Shown: positions 53,182 through 64,000, counted from the first letter of the stretch. The stretch is 64,000 nucleotides of DNA from Marsupella aquatica (GCA_973895155.1 OZ316893.1:11413660-11477659), one strand, 5' to 3'. The notes: generated by a model not told the origin, from the letters alone. Translations and numbers: made by a program.

Positions 53182-54470
53182 GATGGCCTTACATTGCTTG
53201 AGCTTTTTGGTGGCATTTCTACAGGCCTGGAAGCTCTCCTACAGTCTGGCATGGTGGTGAAGCAGTACATCTATGTGGATATTGATCCAGGTGCAAGGCA
53301 AGTGGCTGAATCCCATCTGCTGGAATTTTCAGAGCGATTTCCTCAGCAGTTTCCACACAGTGCATGGAAGTCTGCATTTTCTTTCTTTCCTCCAGATATC
53401 CAGCTTGTCTAGCACCGGCACTTAACCCTTCTTGGCTCCCTTGATTTGATCATAGCTGGTTGGGAATGCCAAGGGTTTTCAACTGCTGGTCACGGTGCTG
53501 GACTGCATGATTCTCGTTCTGGCCTTTTCACAGCATTGGTTCAGATTCTCACCTGGGCTCAATCCCTTTATCCTGCTGTTGGTTATATCATTGAGAATAC
53601 TCCATCTCAGTTTGACCAGCGTCCACAGGTCAAAGAGGATTTCAGTGTGGTCCAGCACTACTTGGGACCACCCCTTCTCATTGATGCAGTGCACTATGGT
53701 TCTTATGCACATCGTCTTCGTAACTTTTGGACTAACCTTGCACCACCTTCCTTGCTGGAGATGGCTCTTCACCACACATCCAGGGACACTAACCTTACAG
53801 TGGACCAGATTTTGGATCCTGACAGTTCTTGCCAACCAGTTACACGGCAAGAGCCAGCACCTTGGTATCCAGCTAATACCATTGGACAACCCCGTGCTGC
53901 TTGGCCTACATTTGTGTCCTTTCCAGGTGCACATGCTTTTCAGGGTGATGGTCCTGGGCTGGTTTATCGACATTCTACCGGTACATGGGATGAACCTAGT
54001 CCTGAGGAGAGAGAACGGGCTATGGGCTTCCAACCCGGTACTACAGGTCACACCAAAATCACCAGGCTGGCCAGGAATGCTTTAATCAATCTATTCATTA
54101 AAAGTGAATTATTATTCAATTTGTGAACATTTGGGCAATAGAAAGTGTACATTTGGCTTTCAAAAAGTGTACATTTGGGCAAGAAATAAAAGTGATGGCC
54201 ATCAGACATACCACCATGTTCATCTTTTATAAATGAACTAGGATGAGACTCCTTCTAGTAAAGATCATTTTTTCTCCCTCAAGTTTACAATTGACTATTT
54301 AGGTGTAGAGTATTGTACTATAGTATACCTTTTGGGGTTAAAAAGTGTACATTTAGAGACCAAAAAGTGTACATTTCGAGGCCTAAAAGTGAACAAAATA
54401 AAATACACTTTTAATGAATAGGTGATTTTTACTTGGCAGGGTAATGGATCTCAATGCTCTCACTTGGCTT
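53182..54470 (+). pseudogene. DNMT3-like cytosine-5 DNA methyltransferase domain in frame with gag-protease; one TAG at 53410, MITE at 54085-54428
   Basis: Motif I LLELFGGISTGLEAL, II YIYVDID, III DIQLV, IV DLIIAGWECQGFS (Cys at 53467), VI YIIENT, VIII IDAVHYGSYAHRLRNFWTNL, IX ERERAMGF, and X RLARNAL|LGRVM after MITE removal. Confidence 0.88.
54085..54428. mobile_element. AT-rich MITE with terminal inverted repeats and TTA(/TTTA) TSD, possibly Tourist/Harbinger-type
   Basis: ctattcattaaaagtg near the left end vs cacttttaatgaatag near the right end; internal aaagtgtacattt repeats; TTA at 54082-54084 and 54429-54431. Removing it restores the DNMT frame. Confidence 0.85.
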
Positions 54471-54779
54471 CTGGTCACTTGCATCCTTTTTCAGATGTAC
54501 ATTCCTCCAGCATTAGGAGCTCCAGCCCTACCCCTCCACAGTGCTGCTACATGGCATCCAGACCAGGTGCACTTACCTCTATTCAACACTCACCGCTTCA
54601 GTCCAAGTGTTGGGAGGGAGGAGGTCCCTTGTAATGTGGTTGACATTATTTCTGAGTTTCATGGTGTGGATCAGACCAGAGCAACAGATACAGCAGGCCT
54701 TGGAGAGGCCTCATCACCTTATCAGCAGCATGCTAGCAACTTGGACAGTGGAGAGGCTGGCACTTCTGGCTCTTCAAGC

Positions 54780-57700
54780 ACGAGTACATCCTAGTGTTGC
54801 CAACTACACATTTATCATGGGCAACCACCTGAGTAAAAGACAGAAGGACCAGTTGTTGAATTTGCTCCTCAAGCATGAGAATGTGTTTGCTTTCTCTATG
54901 AAGGACTTGGGTAAGTGCAAGACTATGCAGTTCTCCATTGAGTTGGCTGATGAAACACCTATCTTTAGGCGGAGACACCGTTTGAGTAAGCATGAGTGGC
55001 AGCTGGTGGATGAGAGGTGCCAAGAGCTTTATGAAGCTGGTCTTATTCAGCCATCTACATCAGATTTTGCGGCAGCTACAGTGATGCCAGCAAAGAAGGA
55101 TTCCAGTGGATTGTGGACAGAGAAGCGCATGTGTGGGGACTACAGGCCATTGAACCTGGTCACACCCCAGGACAGGTACCCCATGCCGCGGCCAGAGGAG
55201 CTATTTGACAGCATTGGAGACTCAGACATCTTCACTCTTGTGGATCTAAGGCAAGGCTTCAACCAGATTTTGCTGCTTGCAAAGGATCGCAAGAAAACAA
55301 CTTTCCATGGTAGTAACCAACTATGGGAGTGGTTGGTGATGCATTTGGCTTGAAGAATGCGCCCATATTCTTTCAAAGAGTCATGGACCAGGTTCTGCAA
55401 GGTGCTGAGTTTCTGAAATGCTACATTGATGATGTGTTGGTCCACAGCAAAGGATTTGACCAGCATCTACTTGACCTTGAGGAGCTATTCATGAGGCTTA
55501 AGAAGGTGAACCTAAAGATACACCCCAAGAAGTGTGAATTTGCTATCAGATCAGTAGTATATCTTGGGCATCGCATTCTTCCAAATGGAACCATGGCTCA
55601 TTGGGCCAAGGTGGTATCCATCTTGGAAATGCCCACTCCTACCGATGTTCACACTTTGAGGAGTTTTATTGGGTTGTGCAATTACTACCGGATCTACATC
55701 AAAGATTTCAGTACCATTGCACACCCATTGTATGCTTTGTTGAAAAAGAATGTGACTTGGACATGGAGTATAGATGCTGAGGCAGCATTTGCCACTTTGA
55801 AGGAGAAGCTCTCAGAATACCCGGTGCTGAGAAGACCTGATTTCAACAAGGTCTTTGTGCTACACACAGATTGGAGTGCCCTTGGGATTGGTGCCATTCT
55901 GGGCCAGCATGATGAGGAAGGTAAAGAGTACGTCATTGCCTATGCATCCAGGAGCAACAATCAGGCAGAGAGTCATTATTCTTCTTATGAGGGTGAATGC
56001 CTTGCTGTTGTGTGGGCTGTCATACATTACAGGCCCTACCTCTATGGGACCAGGTTTGTTCTCTACACCGACCACCAGCCCTTGAAGTGGTTGAAGACCA
56101 ACGACGAGCTTACTGGCAAGCTTGCTCGTTGGGCACTCATACTCCAGGAGTATGATTTTGAGGTAATTCATAGGCCTGGTGTGACACATCAAAATGCTGA
56201 CACTATGTCCCGCAGCCCTTTGATTGCCTCTGATGATCCCTCAGATGCACGGCAGGATTTTGACCAGGTTTCCATCCTGCCTACATTTCATGCATCTACC
56301 TATCTTGCTTTGCTACCATGCTACATTGTTGACCAACCTGTGGTGGACATATGGGAGGACAGCGACACTCTGAGATTTCTGCAGGATGGGGAGTACCCCA
56401 CCCATGTTACTGCTGCCCAGAGAGACCGAATTCAGCAAAGGTCCAAGCGCTACTTGTGGAAGGGAGATCATCTTGTGCGTTGCTTGCCAGACAGGGAAGT
56501 GGTGGTTCCACCCATTCATGAGAGGGTTGGCCTTATCCGTAAGGTACATTCTGAGCTTGGTCATTTTGGTGTTAAGAGGACTTATAGCCTCTTGGTCCCC
56601 CATTATCATTGGAGAGGCATGCATGGCCAGGTTCGAGATGTTATTGCCCGGTGTGAGCAGTGTGATAGGGTAAGGACTTCTTTCACATCTTGGCAACCCA
56701 CACTTCATCCACTCCCTATTCAGGGCATGTTTTATCGTTGGTCATGTGATTTGGGTGGAGAATTACCCCTCACATCTCGGGGTAATCTCTACATCATGAT
56801 CATGATAGAGCATTTCTCCAAGTGGATAGAACTTGTGGCATTGCCGGATAAGACCTCCCGTAGCACCAGCCAGGCATTCTTGCAACAAGTTCTCAGCCGC
56901 TTTGGAGCTTGTGCAGAATGTCTCACTGACCAGGGCTCAGAGTTTAGAGGAGAGTTCCAGGAGCTGCTTGATCAAGCTCTCATTGATCATCGCCGGACAT
57001 CACGAGATCACCCACAGGCAGATGGCTTGGCAGAGCGCATGGTTCAGACATGCAAGAAGGGCCTTCGGAAGATCTGCCTCACCAAAAACAAGGAGGATTG
57101 GGACCTGGCCTTACCCTACATTGCCATGGGGTATAGGATGTCCAGACATGCATCACTGTCTAACTTTTCTCCCTACTTCTTGTTGTTTGGTCGTCACCCA
57201 GTTCCACCTTCTGCTATTGCTTCTCACATGCTTCAGGTGGTGGACTTGGATTCAGCTGTGACTTGGTCTGATGTGATCTCTGAGAGGGCTGCCCTACTCA
57301 GGAGGGTTATGCCCATGGCCATGGAGAATTTGGCCATTGCACAGCACAGGGACACACTGCGTTATGCACACACACGAGGGGGCACTTTTCAGCCCAAGGT
57401 CAGGAAGTTTGAAGTGGGAGATTTTGTGTACTTGCAGCGGCAAGCTAACGACACCCTGGACACCTCTACCAGTCGCACTATTCTCAGGGTCAAAGCTATT
57501 CGACCGTCTGGAGTGCTAGAGTTACAAGGGGCAGATGGGCGCACAATTGCTGACAATGCCAAGAATTGCGCCCCTTGTCATCTGCCTAACCTGGATCCCA
57601 CCATTGTGACTTCTACTTGGATTCCACCTATGGACTACCCTTGCAAAGTGTGTTTGCGAATTGATGATGCTGACCAGATGCTGCTGTGTGACAATTGCAA

Positions 57701-57794
57701 TGGAGGGTACCATCTTTTCTGCCTTCGGCCTGAACTTACCCAGGTGCCAGAAGGGTTATGGTTTTGCCCTTCCTGTGCTCCACGTGCTATCTGA
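54780..57794 (+). pseudogene. Gypsy RT, RNase H, integrase and C-terminal PHD finger
   Basis: RMCGDYRPLN, DLRQGFNQI, (MP)FGLKNAP with a 1-nt deletion near 55342, YIDD at 55422; RNase H LHTDWS...EGECLAV...YTDHQPL; integrase HSELGH...CEQC, WSCDL...TDQGSEF...GLAER; Cys4-His-Cys3 PHD at 57642-57777. Confidence 0.92.
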
Positions 57795-58392
57795 CTTTTC
57801 TTCAGCCCTCCTTTTGGCTGTGGTCTGGGGGGGGGGGGATACAAAGGTTTACACCTCCACTACGTACATACCACCTCAGTTGCTTTTTCTTGGCACCTGT
57901 GAATGTGATTGGACTTTTTCTATGCATGTTGGTTGCTAGCAGCTTGCACATATGCATTGCCGATGACTTGTATGTTTTCGATACACTATGGCTACGATAC
58001 TATATGTCACGACATCCACATTTTGGGGTTTCCTGTCAGAGTTTAGCAGCCTGCCCCTTGGCCCTTGGAGCCAGTGCTGGGGAGTACTACACTTTGTCAC
58101 CTGAAGCGGCTTGTCCTCTGCTATATTCTTCATGCTAACGGATAGTGATATTTGATGCATCCATTCATTTATCAAGGTCAAAAGATAACCTCAAGGCTAA
58201 TCAATGCAAATTAGCCCATGAGGTTAGGGTGCTGCCCACCTATGCCTGACCTAAGTATTGGCATAAATCATAGTTGCACAGTTTCCGACATCAGCCACAC
58301 CCTGGGTGAGTGGTGGGAGCACAGTAGTGAGGTAAGCCAGGTCTTGGGCTAGAATTCTGTTTGTGGTAGGGGATACCTTTTACACACATGAC

Positions 58393-59115
58393 ACCCAAAA
58401 GTGGGGTTCATTTGCACCTTGTTACACGTCAAAAAATATTCAGCGCGAATGACAATATCTCCCTGCCCGTGACCATCCCCATTGGCTGCCCGCGAAAGAA
58501 TGTGGACGTGAATTTTTCTAAGTGTCAAAGTTGATGAATGAACCCCACTTTTGGGTAGGGTTTGTTACAAAAGAGAACTGTGCCAAGCAGGATTTGAACC
58601 CCTGCCCTGTTGGGCCCAAGTCTGCTCGACTACCACTCAGGCAGCGTCTACTGCACAGCTGGTAAGGCTCTTTTAATTGTAATTACATTTGTTCTAGTGT
58701 CGGGCAATGGCCGCGGGCTGCGGGGAGCCATATCACAAGTCGTACGGATTTTGACATTAATATGCATCGATATTGTCAATCGTTGTAAATAAAAAAACTG
58801 GAGAGAGCCGGCGCTAGGTACAGGAGGCTCATAATGAGTCTAATCCCATCAAAAAATAGGATTTCATTCGCAGCTTGTTACACTCAGAAAACACACTTCA
58901 AAAAAATTGGAGAGAGTGGGCAGCTCACCCAAAAATGGGGTTCGGGAGGCTCATAATAAGCCCCATCCCACCCCAAAATGGGATTCATTTGCAGCTTGTT
59001 ACACTAAGAAAACACACTTCAAAAAATTGGAGAGAACAGGCAGTTATGTATGGGAGGCTCATAATGATCCCCATCCCACCCCAAAATGGGGTTCATTTGC
59101 AGCTTGCTACACTCA
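58393..59115. repeat. Repeat cluster: inverted CCCAAAAGTGGGGTTCATT motif plus tandem units of about 115 bp
   Basis: The motif at about 58394 is inverted at about 58537-58556; gggaggctcataat...cccaaaatggg(g/a)ttcatttgcagcttg occurs three times between 58820 and 59110. Confidence 0.75.
58579..58646 (-). other. tRNA-derived fragment or SINE head with Pol III A and B boxes
   Basis: Minus strand: TGCCTGAGTGGTAG (A-box-like) about 30 nt upstream of GCAGGGGTTCAAATCCTGC (B box in a T-arm-like stem). No full cloverleaf. Confidence 0.4.
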
Positions 59116-59506
59116 AGAATAATTCAGAGCTTGTTACAATTGGAAAAAATCAGAGAGAGCCAGATGAGGATAGAGGGCAGTGGCCCTGCCAGTAATCACA
59201 CATCAAAATGTGTTAATGTATGACCTGCACTCATTTATGTAGTACACCATATATGTCATATTTTGATTTGATGTGCACTTACCAAGACCAGGGCAGCAGG
59301 TTTGGGCTACTAACATTTGGGCAACCACCATTTGGAAGGCTCACTATGAGCCTCCAGGTTGCCTTTCCTCCTGACTCCCTTCTGGGTACAAACTACACCT
59401 TGGTACCACATGGTGAGATAAACTATGATGAATAACGTGATTCCAGGACTGACTTGCTCTGCCTCCAATTATGGTCGGTACTTGCAGAAAGTCCACAAAG
59501 GAAATA

Positions 59507-59865
59507 GGGACCGTGTGAGGTGCTGTCGTTACCATAGTCTAATACCAGTCTTTCACCTCCTAGAGTACAGTACCACAATCCTGTAATTCCGGAAATGTGT
59601 GGACGTGATAAAGTATCACACCCAAGTTAGTACCCAAACGTGATAGACGACGGAAGGATTTGTTTCAAGGGACTCGGACAATTAGATTTAGATGGGTGAT
59701 GCAATGTCAGTCCTGAGTTGCCGTGTCTCCAATTTATGGGGCCGTGTGAGGTGGTCTCGTTAAGTGTGACACCAGTTCTTCATGTCATGGAGTACAGTAC
59801 CACAATACTGTCTTGAGAAGGATGTGTGGAAGTGATGAAGTGTTGCACCCAAATGTGACAGACCG
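59507..59865. repeat. Diverged direct duplication of about 230 bp
   Basis: ccgtgtgaggtg...gagtacagtaccacaat...atgtgtgga.gtgat.aagt...cacccaa occurs twice. Confidence 0.75.
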
Positions 59866-62341
59866 TAGAACAGCAATCAAAGATTTTGTTTCAAAAGACT
59901 TCTATCACACCAAACAGTCCCAGAAATGACACCGAGAATGGAGATCTCGTACCAAAGACTCTCATCCAAAACTGGGCATCCGGCCAGTAACTTTGGTGAG
60001 ATCATACTGTTGCCGCAGGTCATGAGCAATTCCATCTCTAAGAGCTCAGAAATTCTTAGGGGAAGGAAATTCGAATTACATTGCAGGAGCTAGGGAAGTG
60101 CTCAACTGAGAGTCTTCTACAGTTCTACCTGTCTGGGTTTGTTGGTGAGGACAAATTCTGAGTGTAATGCAAAAGCGGAGACATACTGTCGGGCTACAGT
60201 TGAGGAATCTGAGGCTATTGATGTGTACATCGGCCACCATTCACCTGGTAAAGAAATTGAAGACGCTTGGAATGTTCTACAGTACAGTGTGCCCAAGCCG
60301 TGAGATGTCCTGGAGAATTTTATTAATCTCATATTCCTAGCATTAAAGAGACGACGGTACAGCACGAGTGAAGCGGAAAGTTAAAGATTCACAAGTTGGT
60401 GATGAAATGAGCTGCCAAATGGACAAAAAACGTGGAAGACTGGAACCGACATGTACCGTAAGGACATGACGTTTGCCATAAATTCACCAGTACTCCCTCT
60501 TTAAACTAAGTTTCTCTTATGGCCCATTCTTTCAGGGAGCTCTTCGGAGACGAGGCTTGGGTGAAGGACATGAATCGGCTCCATAAAATAGAACATGCAA
60601 AATGCACTGTACTCGAAAACATACCGCAACTGATTGCGGCCAGAATGTAAAGATTTCAGGAGACAAGGTCCCCATGATTACCGGGCATCATACATCGTGT
60701 GCTCTGGAAGATTGGTACATGATGCTGGTTGTTGCTGTACCAAGTACTCTTAGGAGGAGGCTTCCCTATTTCTCCAAATATAAAATCTTGACCTCGACTG
60801 CAGAGTACAGAAGGTCACGTGGCGTACAGCTCAATGTGAACATCTTCGGGACGGTACTAGCTACAGCTACCACGCAGTAATTTACACGACCACAAAACCA
60901 CTCCAGCCCCCAGCATATTCGTCTAAAAATTGTTCAAACCCGTGAACATACGGACGGTAGAACAACCAGTCCGAGAAGATGTGAGAAATGGCCCTGGTCA
61001 CTGCAAGAGTGGAACGAGACAGAACAATCGCATGGTCATGGCAAGATTTCGACTATTCTCCAGAACCAGGAACAGTGAACTTACATGACCACAAAACCAC
61101 TCCAACCCCTATTATATGCGTCTAGATAACAAAATCAACTGTCCGCACCCATGAACAGATGGACGATTGACCAAATCGGAACCAAATAGGAACCAAGGGG
61201 AATAGAATGCCAGGGCCACGTGCCCCGGAAATGATCGACACTTGCATTTTTGCTTGGACTCTTTGCCGGTACAGTACGCCAGACGAGAGGAACAACCACT
61301 TCGTTCAAATCTCCCATATTCACTTTCCCCTTCAATCGGTGGTTTCTAAAATAAGCCCAAAAACATCACAGTGCACGAAGATACCCGGATACGTACTAAA
61401 ACTTCTCTAAGACAATGAAAGGGCCGAGTTGCTTCCAACGATCTCTAGAACAACGAAGAGATATGACAAGAGGGTCGTAAGGTGCAGAAAAAACAAACAG
61501 GAAAACCTATCGTGCGTATTTATCCTCGAATTAATTGCAATGCAAACAGGACCGAGATTGGTAGATTTGAAACGAGATCGTTTGTAACCATGACAAAAGA
61601 AAGTCATTAAAGAAAGTGAGTCAACCGTCTGCCGAGAACGAAAGGATAACGTTTTGGAAAACCTCAGTTTCCAAGGGGTCACATGAAAGAACAGGTCAAG
61701 ATCTTTAGCTACAGCAGCTGGAGTATATGAACAGGATAGGGACGGACAGACGACAATTTTAATATGGTAAACCAATACTTGAACGCCTGCTGTAAGCGAA
61801 AGCGATGAGCAGACTGCAGACACGACTTGACCTCTAGAAAACGGTGGCCCAAATTTCGTCCAGCCTTGATGAAAGTCCACGTTTCCTTAGCTTTCAAGAA
61901 GTATGACCGGGTACGGCAGAAGGAACTCTCTAAAGTCTTTTTGAGAGCCTAGCCGCATAATCAGTTGAACTAATGAATTGGGGTTTAAGCCCAGCACCAC
62001 CATACCAGTGTGGCTACCACTACAAGAACGCAAACATTCTGTACAGAGGAAGACTGAAACATCGAGAAGTCCAACTTTGCGAAAACTAGGGAAGCCAACG
62101 AAGGCATGGTTGAAATATATCACGGGGACTCAATGAAAAGTACTCAATCATCTACAAAGGGAAATATATTGGTGGCCAGGGACAAAATATCCCAACATAA
62201 CTCTCCAGGCAAAATTGATTGATTGATCTTGAAATGCAGATGAAACTCAATGAACCTCACACCCTGTTAGAAGGTCCATTCCAATCACTCATTGACATAT
62301 TCTCGTTGCCACCATAGGTTCCGGAAATATACTTCACAAGG

Positions 62342-63964
62342 TCACTGTTTGTTTGAAGTAGCCTGCTTAAATAACTCAGCTGCTTTGGTTTGAGCTGATT
62401 TCAAAATTGGTTTAGATGCCTCCACAACCTTTGCTGCCAAGGGTTTGGACGCATCCCAAGCCTTGACAGCGTACGGCTTTGCTGCCTCTGCGAATTCCGA
62501 GGCCTTTTGCCCCGCCTGAGTACAATACACAAACCTCGAATCAGTAGAGCAAAAATAATGGGCATATAATGCTCATCGGAAACATCATTAGGTTTTCTTT
62601 TGTATAATAACAAGCCCTGAACTGCTTCAAAGACCAGCAAAATCATTACTTTACTGAAATCATCTACGAAGCTTATTTAGAAACTGATCTATAAAAAACT
62701 TGGCGGATAGAATATGAAGATCCACGCCACCTACCTGGACGGCCACAGGCTTAGCTTTCGCCCATGAATCCTCGACAAATGGGGTTGCCTTTGACACATA
62801 TCCATCAGCAGTCTGCACATTACCATCAAGTTCACATGTTAGGTTTGATCTCCGGCAGGAATTCACAAAATCTTACAGTGCATATGCAAACGAAAATTTA
62901 TTAGATTCGCACCTTCTCTATGCCTACACAATAAAGGAACTCGGGACAAATTACAAACATCAAACCGTACCCTTTGGACCTCCTCCCACTTGCTGTCTGG
63001 TGTGGTTATAAAAACATAGCCACCACCAACAGTTGCTACAAGTAGGAGGAATTGGGTCAGGAAAAGTGGAAGAAACCCATGTGTCTTCTGTTTCTCGGCT
63101 GCCACAACCTGGTTTACCTCCACATGTCAGCAGATCTACGGGACCATCAAACTTTGAGATTGGAGTCAATCAGGTGACTCTTCCCATTTTCTACAAGCAA
63201 GCCTATCTTCTGGGACCGTATTGGGCCGCTGTAGCTAAACGAGAATTCTTAAATGACAATTCCTCAGCTATGTAAGACATTCTGCTGAGAACAGAAATCA
63301 TGTAGTTGGACAACTTCAAAGACACGGAAAAACTACTCGCTCCTGTTCAAAACAAATGCCAGAAAAGATGATGTCTGAAGTACCGGTGCAACGACTTCTT
63401 TCGGGGTGCTTTGAACTGAAGTCAGCTTGGTTACTGGTGGTGCGGGTGTTGGTTCTGGTGTTTTAGCAACTGGAGGAGGCGCCTGCACATTTGACCTGTA
63501 TATTATGAAACTGTAGCATTGGCCTGGATAAACAGGCCAGCTGAAGCTGTGAAAGAGCCAAAACTACAGAGGAACTCACAACTTTAAATTTCCATGAAGA
63601 GAACTTAGAAATTCCGAACAGGATAGCGATTAACAGAGTCATCTTTCTTGATGTTAAAAACCTAACGCGTAGTCCAATTATTACGTCACAAACTTCTGGA
63701 ATTTCATTTTAGAGAATACTGCATTTGGGTAGATGGGATAGAGCCTCATTAAGACAACAATTCAAACTGTTCTTCATGTTCAGCTTGGCAAAAGTTGGCC
63801 CTTTTCAGAAAATAGTATACAAGTTAACTCACAGGAGGTGCCGGAGGTGTATATACTGGCGCAGGAGAGAAAAATGGAGATGAATAGGTGGACGCTCCTG
63901 CATCACTCTTCTGTTCGTCTGCTTGAACTGTAGGGGCTTTCTTCTCCCTGGCTGCTCTCCTCTC
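62342..63964 (-). CDS. 3' part of a gene of unknown function (Pro-rich linker, one transmembrane helix, amphipathic repeat tail); exons 63964-63833, 63482-63384, 63108-62980, 62812-62735, 62515-62342
   Basis: Five phase-0 GT-AG exons translate openly: ERRAAREKKAP...APP|APPPVAKTPEP...VVAP|VVAAEKQKTHGFLPLFLTQFLLLVATVGGGYVFITTPDSKWEE|TADGYVSKATPFVEDSWAKAKPVAVQ|AGQKASEF...SNKQ*. Confidence 0.8.
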
Positions 63965-64000
63965 CTGCAAAACCCACAAAAACCAGAGAAATTACGTACC

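Larger units (their letters stand above)
48650..57840 (+). mobile_element. Decayed Ty3/gypsy-type retrotransposon carrying a DNA methyltransferase and a PHD finger; boundaries approximate, no LTR pair found
   Basis: Domain order gag-PR-(DNMT)-RT-RH-IN, typical of Ty3/gypsy; GC-rich leader with tandem repeats; G12 purine tract at 57827-57838 just after the stop. Confidence 0.88.

Noticed and set aside
53182-54470. Host DNMT3/DRM gene or bacterial restriction-modification methylase
   Set aside because: It is intronless, in frame with retroelement gag-protease and followed by RT; motif order is canonical rather than DRM-permuted; no UBA, PWWP or nuclease partner.
60020-60500. Coding-looking stretch with interspersed stops
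   Set aside because: No recognisable domain or splice model.

Overview
Intron-rich land-plant nuclear DNA. The compact GT-AG genes and their protein sequences look bryophyte-like, probably a liverwort (inference). Host genes, modelled by hand from splice sites: a partial NUS1-like gene, a 9-exon phosphoinositide phospholipase C, a 7-exon FYVE-plus-START lipid-transfer gene (its FYVE finger is split over three exons, so the ORF track misses it), a 2-exon LYR-motif gene, a 3-exon UND/U-box/ARM E3 ligase (SAUL1/NOP1-like), and the 3' part of a membrane-anchored protein with 11-mer amphipathic repeats. Mobile DNA: a full-length but decayed Ty1/copia element with both LTRs and a target-site duplication (TSD), four solo LTRs of one other family, a long-TIR element, a LINE fragment and a MITE. 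The most striking feature is a decayed Ty3/gypsy-type retrotransposon at about 50.1-57.8 kb. Its polyprotein reads Gag(2xCCHC)-protease-DNMT3-like cytosine-5 DNA methyltransferase-RT-RNase H-integrase-PHD finger, so the element carries both a DNA-methylation writer and a histone-reader domain. All coordinates and translations were read by eye; no database search was run.
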